64,000 bases of DNA from Oceanispirochaeta sp. (GTDB taxonomy: Bacteria > Spirochaetota > Spirochaetia > DSM-2461). The position numbers and the translations under genes are program-made. Every line of letters starts with the position of its first letter. The first letter of the stretch is position 1. The notes beneath the pieces are model-generated. The model ran no database searches. It was not told where the DNA came from and saw nothing but the letters and a program-made list of their open reading frames with translations. Shown here piece after piece: positions 1 to 9,715 of this stretch. The stretch is from positions 352,001-416,000 of the forward strand of contig CAXXOA010000001.1 in assembly GCA_963666275.2 (NCBI GenBank), in the 5' to 3' direction.

Positions 1-108
1 GGTTCTGTGCGGGCTGTAAGATCTATGCTTTTCTGGTCAGGAACAGCTGGATTTCCGCAGGGAACTGCCCGGATTGTGTGCAGTAATCTGCCCCGTACAA
101 GTGGGAGC

Positions 109-146
109 AAAAAAAATCCCCTGCCCGGATGCGGAAGGGGATTTTT
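109..146. terminator. Likely intrinsic terminator downstream of glnK
   Basis: AAAAAAAATCCCCT...AGGGGATTTTT inverted repeat with A/T tails, 17 bp past the glnK stop. Confidence 0.7.
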
Positions 147-162
147 CTGCAGGATATAATTC

Positions 163-504
163 CTAGCCGATGGCGTCGGCGCCGCGTTCGCCCGTTCGGA
201 TCCGGACGCACTCTTTCAGTTCGGTCACAAAAATTTTACCGTCACCGATATTTCCTGTTCTGGCTCCAGCCACAATGGCATCGATGGTTTTTTCCAGGTA
301 GGGTTCTGTCACGGCAATTTCAATCTGAATCTTATTTCTCAGAATCACCTCGGAATGAACACCACGAAAACTTTCGGTGTAACCTTTCTGCTGGCCGCAA
401 CCCTTAGCAGAAGACACAGTCATTTTATGAACATCAGCCTTAAAGAGCGCCTGTTTGACGTCTTCCAGTTTCTGGGGCTGTATCAGTGCTGTAATTAAAA
501 ACAT
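163..504 (-). CDS. glnK: P-II family nitrogen regulator
   Basis: 113 aa; MTVSSAKGCGQQKG T-loop region, TGNIGDGKIFV B-loop and RIRTGE C-terminus; directly downstream of amtB. Confidence 0.93.
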   Translation of the reverse strand: MFLITALIQPQKLEDVKQALFKADVHKMTVSSAKGCGQQKGYTESFRGVHSEVILRNKIQIEIAVTEPYLEKTIDAIVAGARTGNIGDGKIFVTELKECVRIRTGERGADAIG

Positions 505-527
505 ATTTTCCGCCTCTCTTTTTAAGT

Positions 528-1856
528 TTACTCGATGATCTGGAAACCAGTGTAGGATTCCAGCCCATGTTCGCCGATGTCCAGACCAAGATTCTCTTCT
601 TCCTTGGTGACCCTCAGACCGATGGTCAGATCAATGACCTTGAAAATTGTTCCCATGGTAATGGCAACAAACAGGATGATGGACACAATCCCCAGGAGCT
701 GGATACCGAACTGGGATAAACCACCTCCGTACAGAAGACCGTCATGGGGAAGACCAAGAGCGGCTTTTCCGAAAATACCTATAGAGAGGGTTCCCCAGAT
801 ACCGTTCACACCGTGAACAGGGAAGGCTCCCACAGGGTCGTCGATATGGAGTTTATCCAGACCGATAGCCGCCAGAACGACAAGGACGCCTCCCACGGCT
901 CCGATGGCGATGGCTGCCCAGGGATCAATGAACGCACAGGGCGCTGTCACAGCTACCAGACCGGCAAGAGCCCCGTTTAAGGCCATGGACAGGTCGGGTT
1001 TTCCCGACTGAATCCATATGGTAATCATTGCCAGTATACCTCCCGCGGCTGCGGCCAGGTTGGTATTGATGGCAACACGCGCAATCAGATCGCCGTTTCC
1101 GACGGACAGTGTGGATCCGGGGTTAAATCCGAACCAGCCGAACCAGAGGATAAAAACACCCAGGGATGCCAGGGGAATATTGTGTCCGGCGATCATGTTG
1201 GAAGATCCGTCGGCACGGTATTTTCCGGTTCTCGGCTTCAGCATCATCGTTCCGATCAGAGCGGCAACACCGCCTGTTGTATGAACAACACCGGATCCGG
1301 CGAAGTCATTGAAACCCAGTCCGGCGAGCCAGCCGCCACCCCATACCCAGTGTCCCACGATGGGGTAGATAAAGGCGGAAATCAGGAAAGAGTAGATCAG
1401 ATAGGCTTTGAATTTCATCCTTTCCGCCATACCTCCGGCAACAATCGTTGCCGCGGCTCCGGTAAAGGCCGCCTGAAAAAGCCAGAAGGCGAAAAGGGGA
1501 ACATCCGCTCCGCTTTCAGCACCTGACAGAAACCATCCCGACAGGCCCATAAAGCCGTTTCCTGTACCGAACATCAGGGCATATCCGAACAGGAAATATC
1601 CCAGAGATGCCATGCAGAAGTCCAGAAAGTTCTTTGTCAGAATGTTTGTTGTATTCTTGGCCCGGATAAATCCGGCTTCAACCATACCGAATCCGGCCTG
1701 CATAAAGAAAACAAGGAAGGCGGCTATCAGAACCCAGAAGGTATCGATGCCCCGGATTATATCTGCCATATTATTTTCGGCAGCGGTAAGGGAAAACAGG
1801 GGAAGCACCGCCAGAAGGAGGGTTATGATTCCCACACGGGATAAGTGTTTTTTCAT
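528..1856 (-). CDS. amtB: Ammonium transporter
   Basis: FFMQAGF, GGMAER, DFAGSGVVH, WFGWFGFN and DDPVGAFPVHG motifs; multiple TM helices; GGAG RBS. Confidence 0.96.
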   Translation of the reverse strand: MKKHLSRVGIITLLLAVLPLFSLTAAENNMADIIRGIDTFWVLIAAFLVFFMQAGFGMVEAGFIRAKNTTNILTKNFLDFCMASLGYFLFGYALMFGTGNGFMGLSGWFLSGAESGADVPLFAFWLFQAAFTGAAATIVAGGMAERMKFKAYLIYSFLISAFIYPIVGHWVWGGGWLAGLGFNDFAGSGVVHTTGGVAALIGTMMLKPRTGKYRADGSSNMIAGHNIPLASLGVFILWFGWFGFNPGSTLSVGNGDLIARVAINTNLAAAAGGILAMITIWIQSGKPDLSMALNGALAGLVAVTAPCAFIDPWAAIAIGAVGGVLVVLAAIGLDKLHIDDPVGAFPVHGVNGIWGTLSIGIFGKAALGLPHDGLLYGGGLSQFGIQLLGIVSIILFVAITMGTIFKVIDLTIGLRVTKEEENLGLDIGEHGLESYTGFQIIE

Positions 1857-1895
1857 TTTGTAGAAGTCTCCGTTTTTGGAAGTTTTCTATTATCT

Positions 1896-1911
1896 TGCAA
1901 AAAATGTACCA
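1896..1911 (-). promoter_or_regulatory. Sigma54 (-24/-12) promoter of amtB-glnK
   Basis: Minus strand reads TGGTACATTTTTTGCA, with GG and GC at the exact spacing of TGGCACNNNNNTTGCW, 40 bp upstream of the amtB start. Confidence 0.8.
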
Positions 1912-2168
1912 AAAAATACATAAATGTAAAAAAATAAATACAAAAAAATATAAAATATTCCTTTATATAGTTATATTTGAAATATACCAATAAGTATAAA
2001 ATGAAATAAAATACTTAAAAGTAAAAAATAGCCATCCCTCCCTACAAATATGGCATTCTTGGTTGTTAAAAATACAGGAATGTAGGATAAATCTCCGGAA
2101 AGAATTCTTTCGTACTGCCCGGAACAGGGGTATAATCACCTATCTCCCTTCCTGAAGAGGTTCTCCTT

Positions 2169-3332
2169 ATGGAAAAAATGAACGATTTTGAATTTCATCC
2201 GACCCAGATCGGTTATATCACAGAGTGTGTGGAGCCCATAAGCGGTATGATTACCATCAGGGACAGCGGGCTGTACTTTGAAGATGATCCGGAACTGAAG
2301 GCTCTGCCTGTGGAGATGGAGCAGGGCGGATACGGCGTTCTGTCCAGAGATCTGTTCGAGCAGGATAAGGTCTCTTTCAGAAATGCTGGTAAATCCGTGT
2401 CTTCCCTGAACCTCTATCACGGCAAATACGAAAGCCTCAACAGCCGGGAAAATATAAGGAAACTTTTTGTTCAGATTGCCACAGGAGAAATCGACGAACT
2501 GAAATATTACATTGTTTATCATAACAACAACCTTTTCGGGGTCGTGAGCCTTCATCACATCCTCAGTCATATCTCTGATCTGCAGAGGAGGGAAGTGGCC
2601 AACTCCAGAGAGATGCGTCAGAAAATCCTGGAGAAAAATATCATAGAGGACTCCCTTTTTCAGATCCGGACCGATATACACTGGGCGCATGATCTGGGGG
2701 GAGATCACTACTATACAACCCGCATAACCGAGAGCCTGTCCATGATTGCCTGTTTTGATGTGGAGGGAGATCAGATCACGGCTTCCATGCTTACCATGGT
2801 CATTGATGCGTATTTCAAGACCAGAGAGAGGCTCCATGACCTGGACAAGGAAGATGTGGAAAAGCTGCTTCTGGGGCTGAATGCGCTCCTGCTGGAAGAA
2901 ATTCCCGATGAGAGAGATGTTACAGGACTGTTCCTTTTCATCCGGAAGGACAAATCCCTGGTTTCCCTCTACAACTTCGGATACCCTTCGCCCTTTCTGA
3001 TTCTCTCTGAGGAGGGAAAAATCCGGGCTAAACTGGTACCGCCTCAGTATGAACCGATGGGAAAGGAAGATATTGTCATATTCCGGGATGTTCCCTACAC
3101 CTGCAGGATTGAAAATCTGAGGAACATCTTTATCTATTCAGACGGAATGGAAAAATGCCTGAACCCCTTCGGCGAAAAATTCGGGATAGAGAGGATTAAA
3201 AACTGCCTGGTTAAAAACTACAGAGAACTCAATGGAGGGTTCAGTACCATTTTGAATTCCGAACTTGATCAGTTCCGCAGTACTGCCCCCCTGTTCGACA
3301 GTATTTCCACAATGGTTGTCAGTTTTTCCTGA
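2169..3332 (+). CDS. SpoIIE/PP2C-family protein phosphatase with an unassigned N-terminal region
   Basis: C-terminal GGDHY, FDVEG, NFGYPSP, YSDG, GEKFGIER and FDSIST motifs. Confidence 0.75.
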   Translation: MEKMNDFEFHPTQIGYITECVEPISGMITIRDSGLYFEDDPELKALPVEMEQGGYGVLSRDLFEQDKVSFRNAGKSVSSLNLYHGKYESLNSRENIRKLFVQIATGEIDELKYYIVYHNNNLFGVVSLHHILSHISDLQRREVANSREMRQKILEKNIIEDSLFQIRTDIHWAHDLGGDHYYTTRITESLSMIACFDVEGDQITASMLTMVIDAYFKTRERLHDLDKEDVEKLLLGLNALLLEEIPDERDVTGLFLFIRKDKSLVSLYNFGYPSPFLILSEEGKIRAKLVPPQYEPMGKEDIVIFRDVPYTCRIENLRNIFIYSDGMEKCLNPFGEKFGIERIKNCLVKNYRELNGGFSTILNSELDQFRSTAPLFDSISTMVVSFS

Positions 3333-3494
3333 ATTCGCTTTCCCGAAAGAAATCTTCATCCGGGTATCTTATTCTGCCAAAATTACCGGGACGTATATTT
3401 TTTCGGGAAACCCTGAGAAAAAATAAAACAGAATATTCTCTATTACTCCTTTTCCTGTAAGCAGATAGCTGTGATTTATTTCCGTAGCCGATCC

Positions 3495-3510
3495 TGGCAT
3501 CATTTTTGCT
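3495..3510 (+). promoter_or_regulatory. Sigma54 (-24/-12) promoter
   Basis: TGGCATCATTTTTGCT, near-consensus with correct spacing, 28 bp upstream of the ATG at 3539. Confidence 0.8.
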
Positions 3511-3538
3511 TCTTTCTTTTCAAAGCAAGGAGCTGAAA

Positions 3539-4456
3539 ATGAACCCATTGGAAACTGTCAGACACAGTATTTACACAAAGCGGAACGGCCTGGTTGAAGC
3601 GATACAGGTTCATGAAAAAGTGACCCTCCCCACCTCTGCGGGGGATCTGACCCCTCTCTACAAAACCGAGGATTTCGGCAGAAAAAAACTGATGCCTGTC
3701 CGGTTCGACAAAATGGGTAATATCCGTTCCGTTCCCCTCCAGGAGGCTGCGGATATACAAACTGCCTGCGGAACCTATTCAGCCGAACTGGTTACCTTTT
3801 ACCCCGGTGGGGCCCTCTGCAGGCTCTTTCAGCTGAACGGAAAACTCTCGGGTTACTGGAGTGAGAATAATGAGTATGAACTGGCATCGGCCGAGACGAT
3901 CCCCACACCCATGGGAGAGATCACAGTCAAACCGCTCTATCTGCATTTTTATGAAACCGGGGAGCTGAAGAGCATTACCTTCTGGCCGAAAGAGAGGGTG
4001 ATGGTGTCCACGCCTCTCGGAGATATGATGATCCGTCGGGGGATCTCTTTTTACAGAAACGGAGCGCTGGCATCCTGTGAGCCTGCCTCTCCGGAAGTTC
4101 TGAGCACTCCTCTGGGGCCGGTTCGTGTCTTTGATCCCGACCCCAATGGCATGAACGGCGAAACCAATTCCCTTCAGTTTGATGAAGAAGGGAATGTGAT
4201 CTCTTTTGCTACCAACGAAGCGGAATTTCATGTTCACGATCCTGTTTACGGAGATCTGGTTTTCCAGCCGGATCTGACTCCATCCATGTGCAGCGACACG
4301 GTTCTGGTCCGGCAGGCTCTCTATGTGGATATGGAAGAGGATCATCTTCAGTTCCGTTCCACCGCGGGAGTTATCGGCAGAACTTCACGGAAGAACAGAA
4401 TCGACCTTGTAAAACTGGCCCCTGTGTTTGTTCCCGAACCCAGCTGTTCAGCCTGA
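3539..4456 (+). CDS. Hypothetical protein with MORN-variant-like FY-x-x-G-x-L repeats
   Basis: Long ORF; AAGGAG RBS before ATG 3539; repeats TFYPGGAL, HFYETGEL, SFYRNGAL, QFDEEGNV. Confidence 0.75.
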   Translation: MNPLETVRHSIYTKRNGLVEAIQVHEKVTLPTSAGDLTPLYKTEDFGRKKLMPVRFDKMGNIRSVPLQEAADIQTACGTYSAELVTFYPGGALCRLFQLNGKLSGYWSENNEYELASAETIPTPMGEITVKPLYLHFYETGELKSITFWPKERVMVSTPLGDMMIRRGISFYRNGALASCEPASPEVLSTPLGPVRVFDPDPNGMNGETNSLQFDEEGNVISFATNEAEFHVHDPVYGDLVFQPDLTPSMCSDTVLVRQALYVDMEEDHLQFRSTAGVIGRTSRKNRIDLVKLAPVFVPEPSCSA

Positions 4457-4511
4457 AATTGAAAAAAAAGACTTTTTATCCCCTATAGATCGTCTATAAT
4501 GAATTTCATAT

Positions 4512-7103
4512 ATGAGACTTAAAGGGTTCTGGATTTTTCTTATCTCACAGATATTTCTGTCTTCTATTCTCTTTGCTCAGGAGGAGGATATTGTACATAT
4601 CCTCTATCTGAACTCCTACGATGCCAGGATGAGCTGGCCCCGGGAAATTCTGAAAGGGCTTGAAGAGCGTCTGCAGCCGGATCGCAATAACTATAACCTC
4701 CACATAGAGTATATGGATTCCAAGGAGTTTCCCTCCCGGGAGCAGCAGGACGCTTTCCGGGAGTACCTGGCAATAAAATATGCCCGGACAGATCTCTCTC
4801 TGATACTGGCTTCCGACAATAATGCCTTCTTTTTTTTACGGGACTTTCACGATACGCTTTTTCCCTCTGTTCCTGTCGTATTCAGCGGCGTCAATGATTT
4901 TGAAGACTGGATGATTGACGGCTATCCCGATTTTACAGGGATTGCAGAGATCTTCTCAGCAGAGAATACTGTGAATCTGGCACTGAAGCTTCATCCTGAA
5001 ACAGAGGAAATCTTTATTGTAAATGACTACCTCAATACAGGCCGTGCCTGGAGGCGGGATCTGGAGCAAAGGCTCAAATACCTGGAGAACCGGGTGCATC
5101 TCCAGTATTCCCAGGACCTTCCTCTGCCGGAGCTGAGAGAAAAAATCGCCTCCCTGCCTGAACATTCCATAGTTCTCCTGGGGGTGTATTACTCTGACAG
5201 GGATGGAAAGTACTCCACCTATGAAAAAACAGGCGAGCTTCTTGTTTCAGCCAGTCAGGTTCCCGTGTACTGTCTTGTCGAATTCAATATTGCCTCCGGA
5301 GCCATCGGAGGGCAGCTGATCTGGGGAAATGCCCACGGGACGAAAATGGCAGAACTGGGGCAGCGGATTCTCAATGGCGAATCTCCCCGGGACATCCCTG
5401 TGGTCAAAGAGGGGATGAACCGGTATGTGTTCAATTATCCCCAGCTGGAGCGTTTCTCCATCTCCTTGAAGGATCTCCCCGAAGACAGCATTATTGTGAA
5501 CCGTCCCTTTTCTCTGATGCAGGAGTACAGAACCGTGATTATTCTGGCTCTGGTGATGGCTTCCATACTTATCATGATTACAATTGCCCTGTTCCTCTCT
5601 GTTATAAGGAAACATCAGGTGGAAAGGACTCTCCGGGAGCTGGCGGAAGCCACCTGGGAAGGGATTGTCATTCATAGCAACGGGATGGCTATTCAGTTCA
5701 ATAAAGTATTCCTCGATATGTTCGGTTACGGGGAAGAGGAAATAATGGGAAGGAATTTTCTGAGTCTCATTACCACGCCCTCATCCCTGAAAGAGCTTGA
5801 AAAGAGGGTTTCCCAGAACCTCATGGAACCCTACGAACTGGAAGCCCGGAAAAAGGACGGCTCCGTCTTTCCGGCGGAAGTCCGTCTGAGAACACTTGAG
5901 TACAGGGGACAGACCGCAAGAGTGGCGGCCATCCGGGATCTGACGGAACAGAGGAATATGGAGGCCCAGGCTTCGGAGGCTCAGAAGCTGCAGGCTATCG
6001 GTACACTTGCCGGCGGTATTGCTCACGATTTCAATAATATACTCAGTGCTGTTGTAGGGTATTCCGACCTGGGACAGATGGTGAGTGAGCCCGATTCGGA
6101 TCATCACAAATATTTTCAGCATATTCTTACTGCGGGAAAACGGGCAAAAGAGCTCACAAATCAGATCCTTGCCTTCAGCAGGCAGGAGGGGAATGAAAAA
6201 ATCTCAGTCAATTTCAGCGCTATAATCAAAGATACACTGGGAATGCTCAAGGCCTCCCTCCCATCCAATATCATTATAGATCAGCATGTGAATGAAGCGG
6301 TCTGTGTCCTTTCGGATCCGGCTCAGCTGCAGCAGATCATTATGAACCTGGGAACCAACGCGGGTCTGGCTATGGCCGACTCGGGGGGAACTCTGTATAT
6401 CGGTTTGCGGGAAGTGCATCTGGCGGAAGCTGCCAGAGTGTCTGTGTTCACACTGGTTCCGGGAAAGTATGCCGAGCTGATTGTCCGGGATACGGGATGC
6501 GGCATGTCTCCTGAAACGGTGCAGAGAATCTTTGAGCCCTTCTTCACAACCCGGAGCCAGGGAAAAGGAACCGGACTGGGACTGTCTGTGGTTCATGGTA
6601 TTGTTATAAACCAGAAAGGGGCTGTCAAAGTGGAGAGTCAGCCGGGGAAGGGAACCGAGTTTACCATCTATCTTCCCAGCTGTGACAAAAGCGGTCTATT
6701 CGAAGAAAAAAAGCACCCTTCCGTCCTGGAGGGAGGCAGCGAAAGGATCCTTTTTGTGGATGATGAAGATGTTCAGGTTAACCTTGCCTACGATCTTCTG
6801 AATCCTCTCGGTTATAAAGTAACCGGAGTGAACAGCAGCGTTAAAGCCTATGAACTTTTTTATCAGAACCCCGATTCTTTTGATCTTGTCATCACCGATG
6901 TTTCCATGCCTGAAATGCCGGGAGATATGCTTGTGGAAAAGATCCGGGCTCTCAGAAAAGATATTCCCGTTCTCATGTGTACCGGTTACAGCAGCCGGAT
7001 AACCGATGAAAAAATCCATTCCCTTGGTATTTCTCATCTTCTGATGAAACCCCTGGTCATGAGGGATTTTGCAGAGCAGATCCGCAGGGCTTTAAAGCAG
7101 TAA
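4512..7103 (+). CDS. Hybrid sensor histidine kinase (periplasmic binding-type sensor, TM, PAS, HisKA, HATPase, REC)
   Basis: GIAHDFNNIL H-box, DTGCGM, FEPFFTT, GTGLGL; REC motifs FVDDE, VITDVSMP and KP. Confidence 0.93.
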   Translation: MRLKGFWIFLISQIFLSSILFAQEEDIVHILYLNSYDARMSWPREILKGLEERLQPDRNNYNLHIEYMDSKEFPSREQQDAFREYLAIKYARTDLSLILASDNNAFFFLRDFHDTLFPSVPVVFSGVNDFEDWMIDGYPDFTGIAEIFSAENTVNLALKLHPETEEIFIVNDYLNTGRAWRRDLEQRLKYLENRVHLQYSQDLPLPELREKIASLPEHSIVLLGVYYSDRDGKYSTYEKTGELLVSASQVPVYCLVEFNIASGAIGGQLIWGNAHGTKMAELGQRILNGESPRDIPVVKEGMNRYVFNYPQLERFSISLKDLPEDSIIVNRPFSLMQEYRTVIILALVMASILIMITIALFLSVIRKHQVERTLRELAEATWEGIVIHSNGMAIQFNKVFLDMFGYGEEEIMGRNFLSLITTPSSLKELEKRVSQNLMEPYELEARKKDGSVFPAEVRLRTLEYRGQTARVAAIRDLTEQRNMEAQASEAQKLQAIGTLAGGIAHDFNNILSAVVGYSDLGQMVSEPDSDHHKYFQHILTAGKRAKELTNQILAFSRQEGNEKISVNFSAIIKDTLGMLKASLPSNIIIDQHVNEAVCVLSDPAQLQQIIMNLGTNAGLAMADSGGTLYIGLREVHLAEAARVSVFTLVPGKYAELIVRDTGCGMSPETVQRIFEPFFTTRSQGKGTGLGLSVVHGIVINQKGAVKVESQPGKGTEFTIYLPSCDKSGLFEEKKHPSVLEGGSERILFVDDEDVQVNLAYDLLNPLGYKVTGVNSSVKAYELFYQNPDSFDLVITDVSMPEMPGDMLVEKIRALRKDIPVLMCTGYSSRITDEKIHSLGISHLLMKPLVMRDFAEQIRRALKQ

Positions 7104-7221
7104 TCCCGGATCAGTGATTTCTTTCTGGATTGAGAATTGTACACGTGTACTTGATCTGTTTGAAGATATGCGCTATGCTCTGGAAAGAACGGTAGAATTA
7201 CTGGAGAAGGAGTGTCTTATC

Positions 7222-8235
7222 ATGGGGAAAATTCTGATCACCGGCGGTGCCGGCTATATAGCGTCGCATACCAATATTGAACTTCTGAAAGCAGGATATG
7301 ACATTGTACTGGCAGATAATCTGTGCAACTCCTCTCTGGAAGCGGTTCGAAGAGTCGAGGAACTGACAGGGAAAAGCCTTCCTTTCTATGAGGTGGATCT
7401 GAAAGATATCGATGCTCTGAGAAAAGTCTTTGAGGCGGAGCCCTCCATTACAGGAGTTCTCCATTTTGCCGCCCTCAAAGCTGTGGGGGAGTCTGTTCAG
7501 AAACCCCTCATGTATTATGAAAACAACATCACCGGGTCTTTGAACCTGTACAAGGTTATGGATGAAAAAGGGGTGAAACAGCTGGTTTTCTCCTCTTCCG
7601 CTACGGTTTACGGTGATCCCGCTTCGGTTCCTGTCAGGGAGGACTTTCCCCTGCAGGCAACCAATCCCTATGGACAGACCAAGCTGATGATGGAGCAGAT
7701 CCTCATCGATGCCGCCCGGGCCAAGGGCTGGGATATTACAATCCTCCGGTACTTCAATCCCGTAGGGGCACACGAATCGGGCCGGATCGGGGAGGATCCC
7801 GAGTATCCCAACAATCTGCTGCCCTTTGTTTCCCAGGTGGCTGCAGGGATCAGGGAAAAAGTCATGGTTTTCGGAAATGACTGGCCCACTCCTGACGGAA
7901 CCGGAGTGAGAGACTATATCCATGTGGTGGACCTGGCAGTGGCCCATGTGAAGGCTCTGGATTCCCTGAAAGTGAAGAAAGGGGTTTCCATCTATAACAT
8001 CGGTACCGGTAAGGGATACTCCGTTCTGGATATGATCAAAGCCTTTGAAAAGGTGTGCGGTCATGCCATTCCCTGGGAGTTCGGTCCCAGAAGGGACGGA
8101 GATGTGGCGACAGTCTACGGTGATCCTGCTCTGGCGGCAGAAGAGCTGGGCTGGAAAGCCGAGCGGGGCCTGGACGAGATGGTCTCTTCCGCCTGGAAAT
8201 GGCAGAGCCTGAATCCCCGCGGGTACAGAAGCTGA
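7222..8235 (+). CDS. galE: UDP-glucose 4-epimerase
   Basis: ILITGGAGYI, HFAALKAVGES, FSSSATVYG, YGQTK, LRYFNPVGAH, GVRDYIHV; AAGGAG RBS before ATG 7222. Confidence 0.96.
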   Translation: MGKILITGGAGYIASHTNIELLKAGYDIVLADNLCNSSLEAVRRVEELTGKSLPFYEVDLKDIDALRKVFEAEPSITGVLHFAALKAVGESVQKPLMYYENNITGSLNLYKVMDEKGVKQLVFSSSATVYGDPASVPVREDFPLQATNPYGQTKLMMEQILIDAARAKGWDITILRYFNPVGAHESGRIGEDPEYPNNLLPFVSQVAAGIREKVMVFGNDWPTPDGTGVRDYIHVVDLAVAHVKALDSLKVKKGVSIYNIGTGKGYSVLDMIKAFEKVCGHAIPWEFGPRRDGDVATVYGDPALAAEELGWKAERGLDEMVSSAWKWQSLNPRGYRS

Positions 8236-8346
8236 CGGTCTGTAAACGCTGCAGTAACGGGAGAAGGCATTATTTCGGGTAAAAACAACTACAACAGACG
8301 GAAACTCCTTAAAATCAGAAGAGAAGGAAAGGCTCTGGAAATTGAT

Positions 8347-8610
8347 TTGGGACGCAGAGCCTTTATCATCCGTCGGAGATACGAAGCTCTCAGCGCTTTT
8401 AATGATTTTCTGATTGCTTTGTGGTTCCTGATTGGCAGTTTCTTTTTTCTCAGTACATCCCTGGAACTCCGGGGAACCTGGCTTTTTATTCTCGGGAGTG
8501 CCCAGCTTATGATAAAACCTCTTTTAAAGCTTATCAGTATTCTTCACCTGGGAAGGATTGATGTATCTTCTCCAGGTAAAAAGAGTACAAAAAGAGCCAA
8601 TAAATTCTAA
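8347..8610 (+). CDS. YrhK-like small membrane protein (start uncertain)
   Basis: RRYEALSAFNDFLIALWFLIGSFFF...GTWLFILGSAQL pattern; two TM segments. Confidence 0.7.
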   Translation: MGRRAFIIRRRYEALSAFNDFLIALWFLIGSFFFLSTSLELRGTWLFILGSAQLMIKPLLKLISILHLGRIDVSSPGKKSTKRANKF

Positions 8611-8640
8611 AGAAGACCTGAACCGGGCATTTCCGTCCTG

Positions 8641-9642
8641 CTATTCAAAATCATAGCGGAAGTTCCACTGTTGTCTGATCCTATCCAATACTTTCATTAT
8701 AGCCAGAGTTTCATCCAGAGGCATAATGTCACTCTCTTTTTTCCCCTCTCTGAGGCAGCGGACGCACTCCCGGGCTTCACAGATAAATCCGTTTTCAGGG
8801 TTCGGTTCAATTACCTGCTGGGACGAGGTGACTTCATTGCTGCCGTTATGAATATTCACTGTGAAGGAATTGCCCGAAGGAAAGTCCGGGAATTCAATAA
8901 AACCCTTTGTCCCGTAAAACCCCGCTTTATTCTCTATTTTCAAGGCATAGCTGCTCACAACCTGTGCCATGGTGCCTGAGGGGAAGCGGAATTGATAGTT
9001 GACAATTTCATCCACTCCGGATTCGGAGAACCGGCACATGGACTGAATCTCAGAAGGAATCGCATCCAGCATATAGCAGAGAAAACTGACAGGATAGATT
9101 CCCTTGTCCAGGGTGACGCCTCCGGCCAGAGCGGGATTTACCAGGCGGCTTTTGTATTTTTCCGGAACATAGTCGGCAAAAAAGATCGAAACCTGCCTGA
9201 CATCTCCTATAATTCCCGAAGCAATGATCTCTTTCATCCGGATCAGGCTGGGCAGGAACCGGACCCAGTAGGCTTCCAGAAGAAAGAGATTTTTCTCTCT
9301 GGCCAGCTCTATGAGCTTCCGGGCTTCTTCCGCATTCACCGTAAAGGGTTTTTCCATAATCACGGGTTTTCCGCTTTCCAGGATCTGTCTGGCATTTTCA
9401 TAATGGAAATTGTGGGTCGTGGCTATGTAGACTATATCAACATCCGGATCCGCAGCCAGCTGATCGTAGGTCAGAGCTTTCGGTATGGAAAAGCGACTGG
9501 CAAAACTGCCGACTCTTTCGGATGATTTGGAAGCAACCGCCTCAATGCGGCTGTCCCCGTCTTCGATGAGGGCTTCTGCCATTTTTTCCGCGATGATTCC
9601 CGCTCCCAGGATTCCCCAGCGGATCAGCTCTTCTTTTCCCAT
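8641..9642 (-). CDS. Gfo/Idh/MocA family oxidoreductase
   Basis: WGILGAGIIA, VYIAT, MEKP and GGVTLDKGIY motifs. Confidence 0.92.
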   Translation of the reverse strand: MGKEELIRWGILGAGIIAEKMAEALIEDGDSRIEAVASKSSERVGSFASRFSIPKALTYDQLAADPDVDIVYIATTHNFHYENARQILESGKPVIMEKPFTVNAEEARKLIELAREKNLFLLEAYWVRFLPSLIRMKEIIASGIIGDVRQVSIFFADYVPEKYKSRLVNPALAGGVTLDKGIYPVSFLCYMLDAIPSEIQSMCRFSESGVDEIVNYQFRFPSGTMAQVVSSYALKIENKAGFYGTKGFIEFPDFPSGNSFTVNIHNGSNEVTSSQQVIEPNPENGFICEARECVRCLREGKKESDIMPLDETLAIMKVLDRIRQQWNFRYDFE

Positions 9643-9715
9643 ACTCTCTCCCTAAAATTTTAATGTTTATTGTAACATATTCTCATGGAAAACAGTTATC
9701 CCTTCAATACAGGTT

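Noticed and set aside
1905..1920. TGT-N10-ACA as a NifA activator site
   Set aside because: It overlaps the -24 element itself and lies in very AT-rich DNA, so the position is wrong for an enhancer and a chance match is likely.
2051..2066. TGGCA as a sigma54 promoter for the PP2C gene
   Set aside because: No GC at the -12 position (TGGCATTCTTGGTTGT).
7114..7221. N-terminal extension of GalE from the ORF track
   Set aside because: An RBS and the canonical GalE start occur at 7222.
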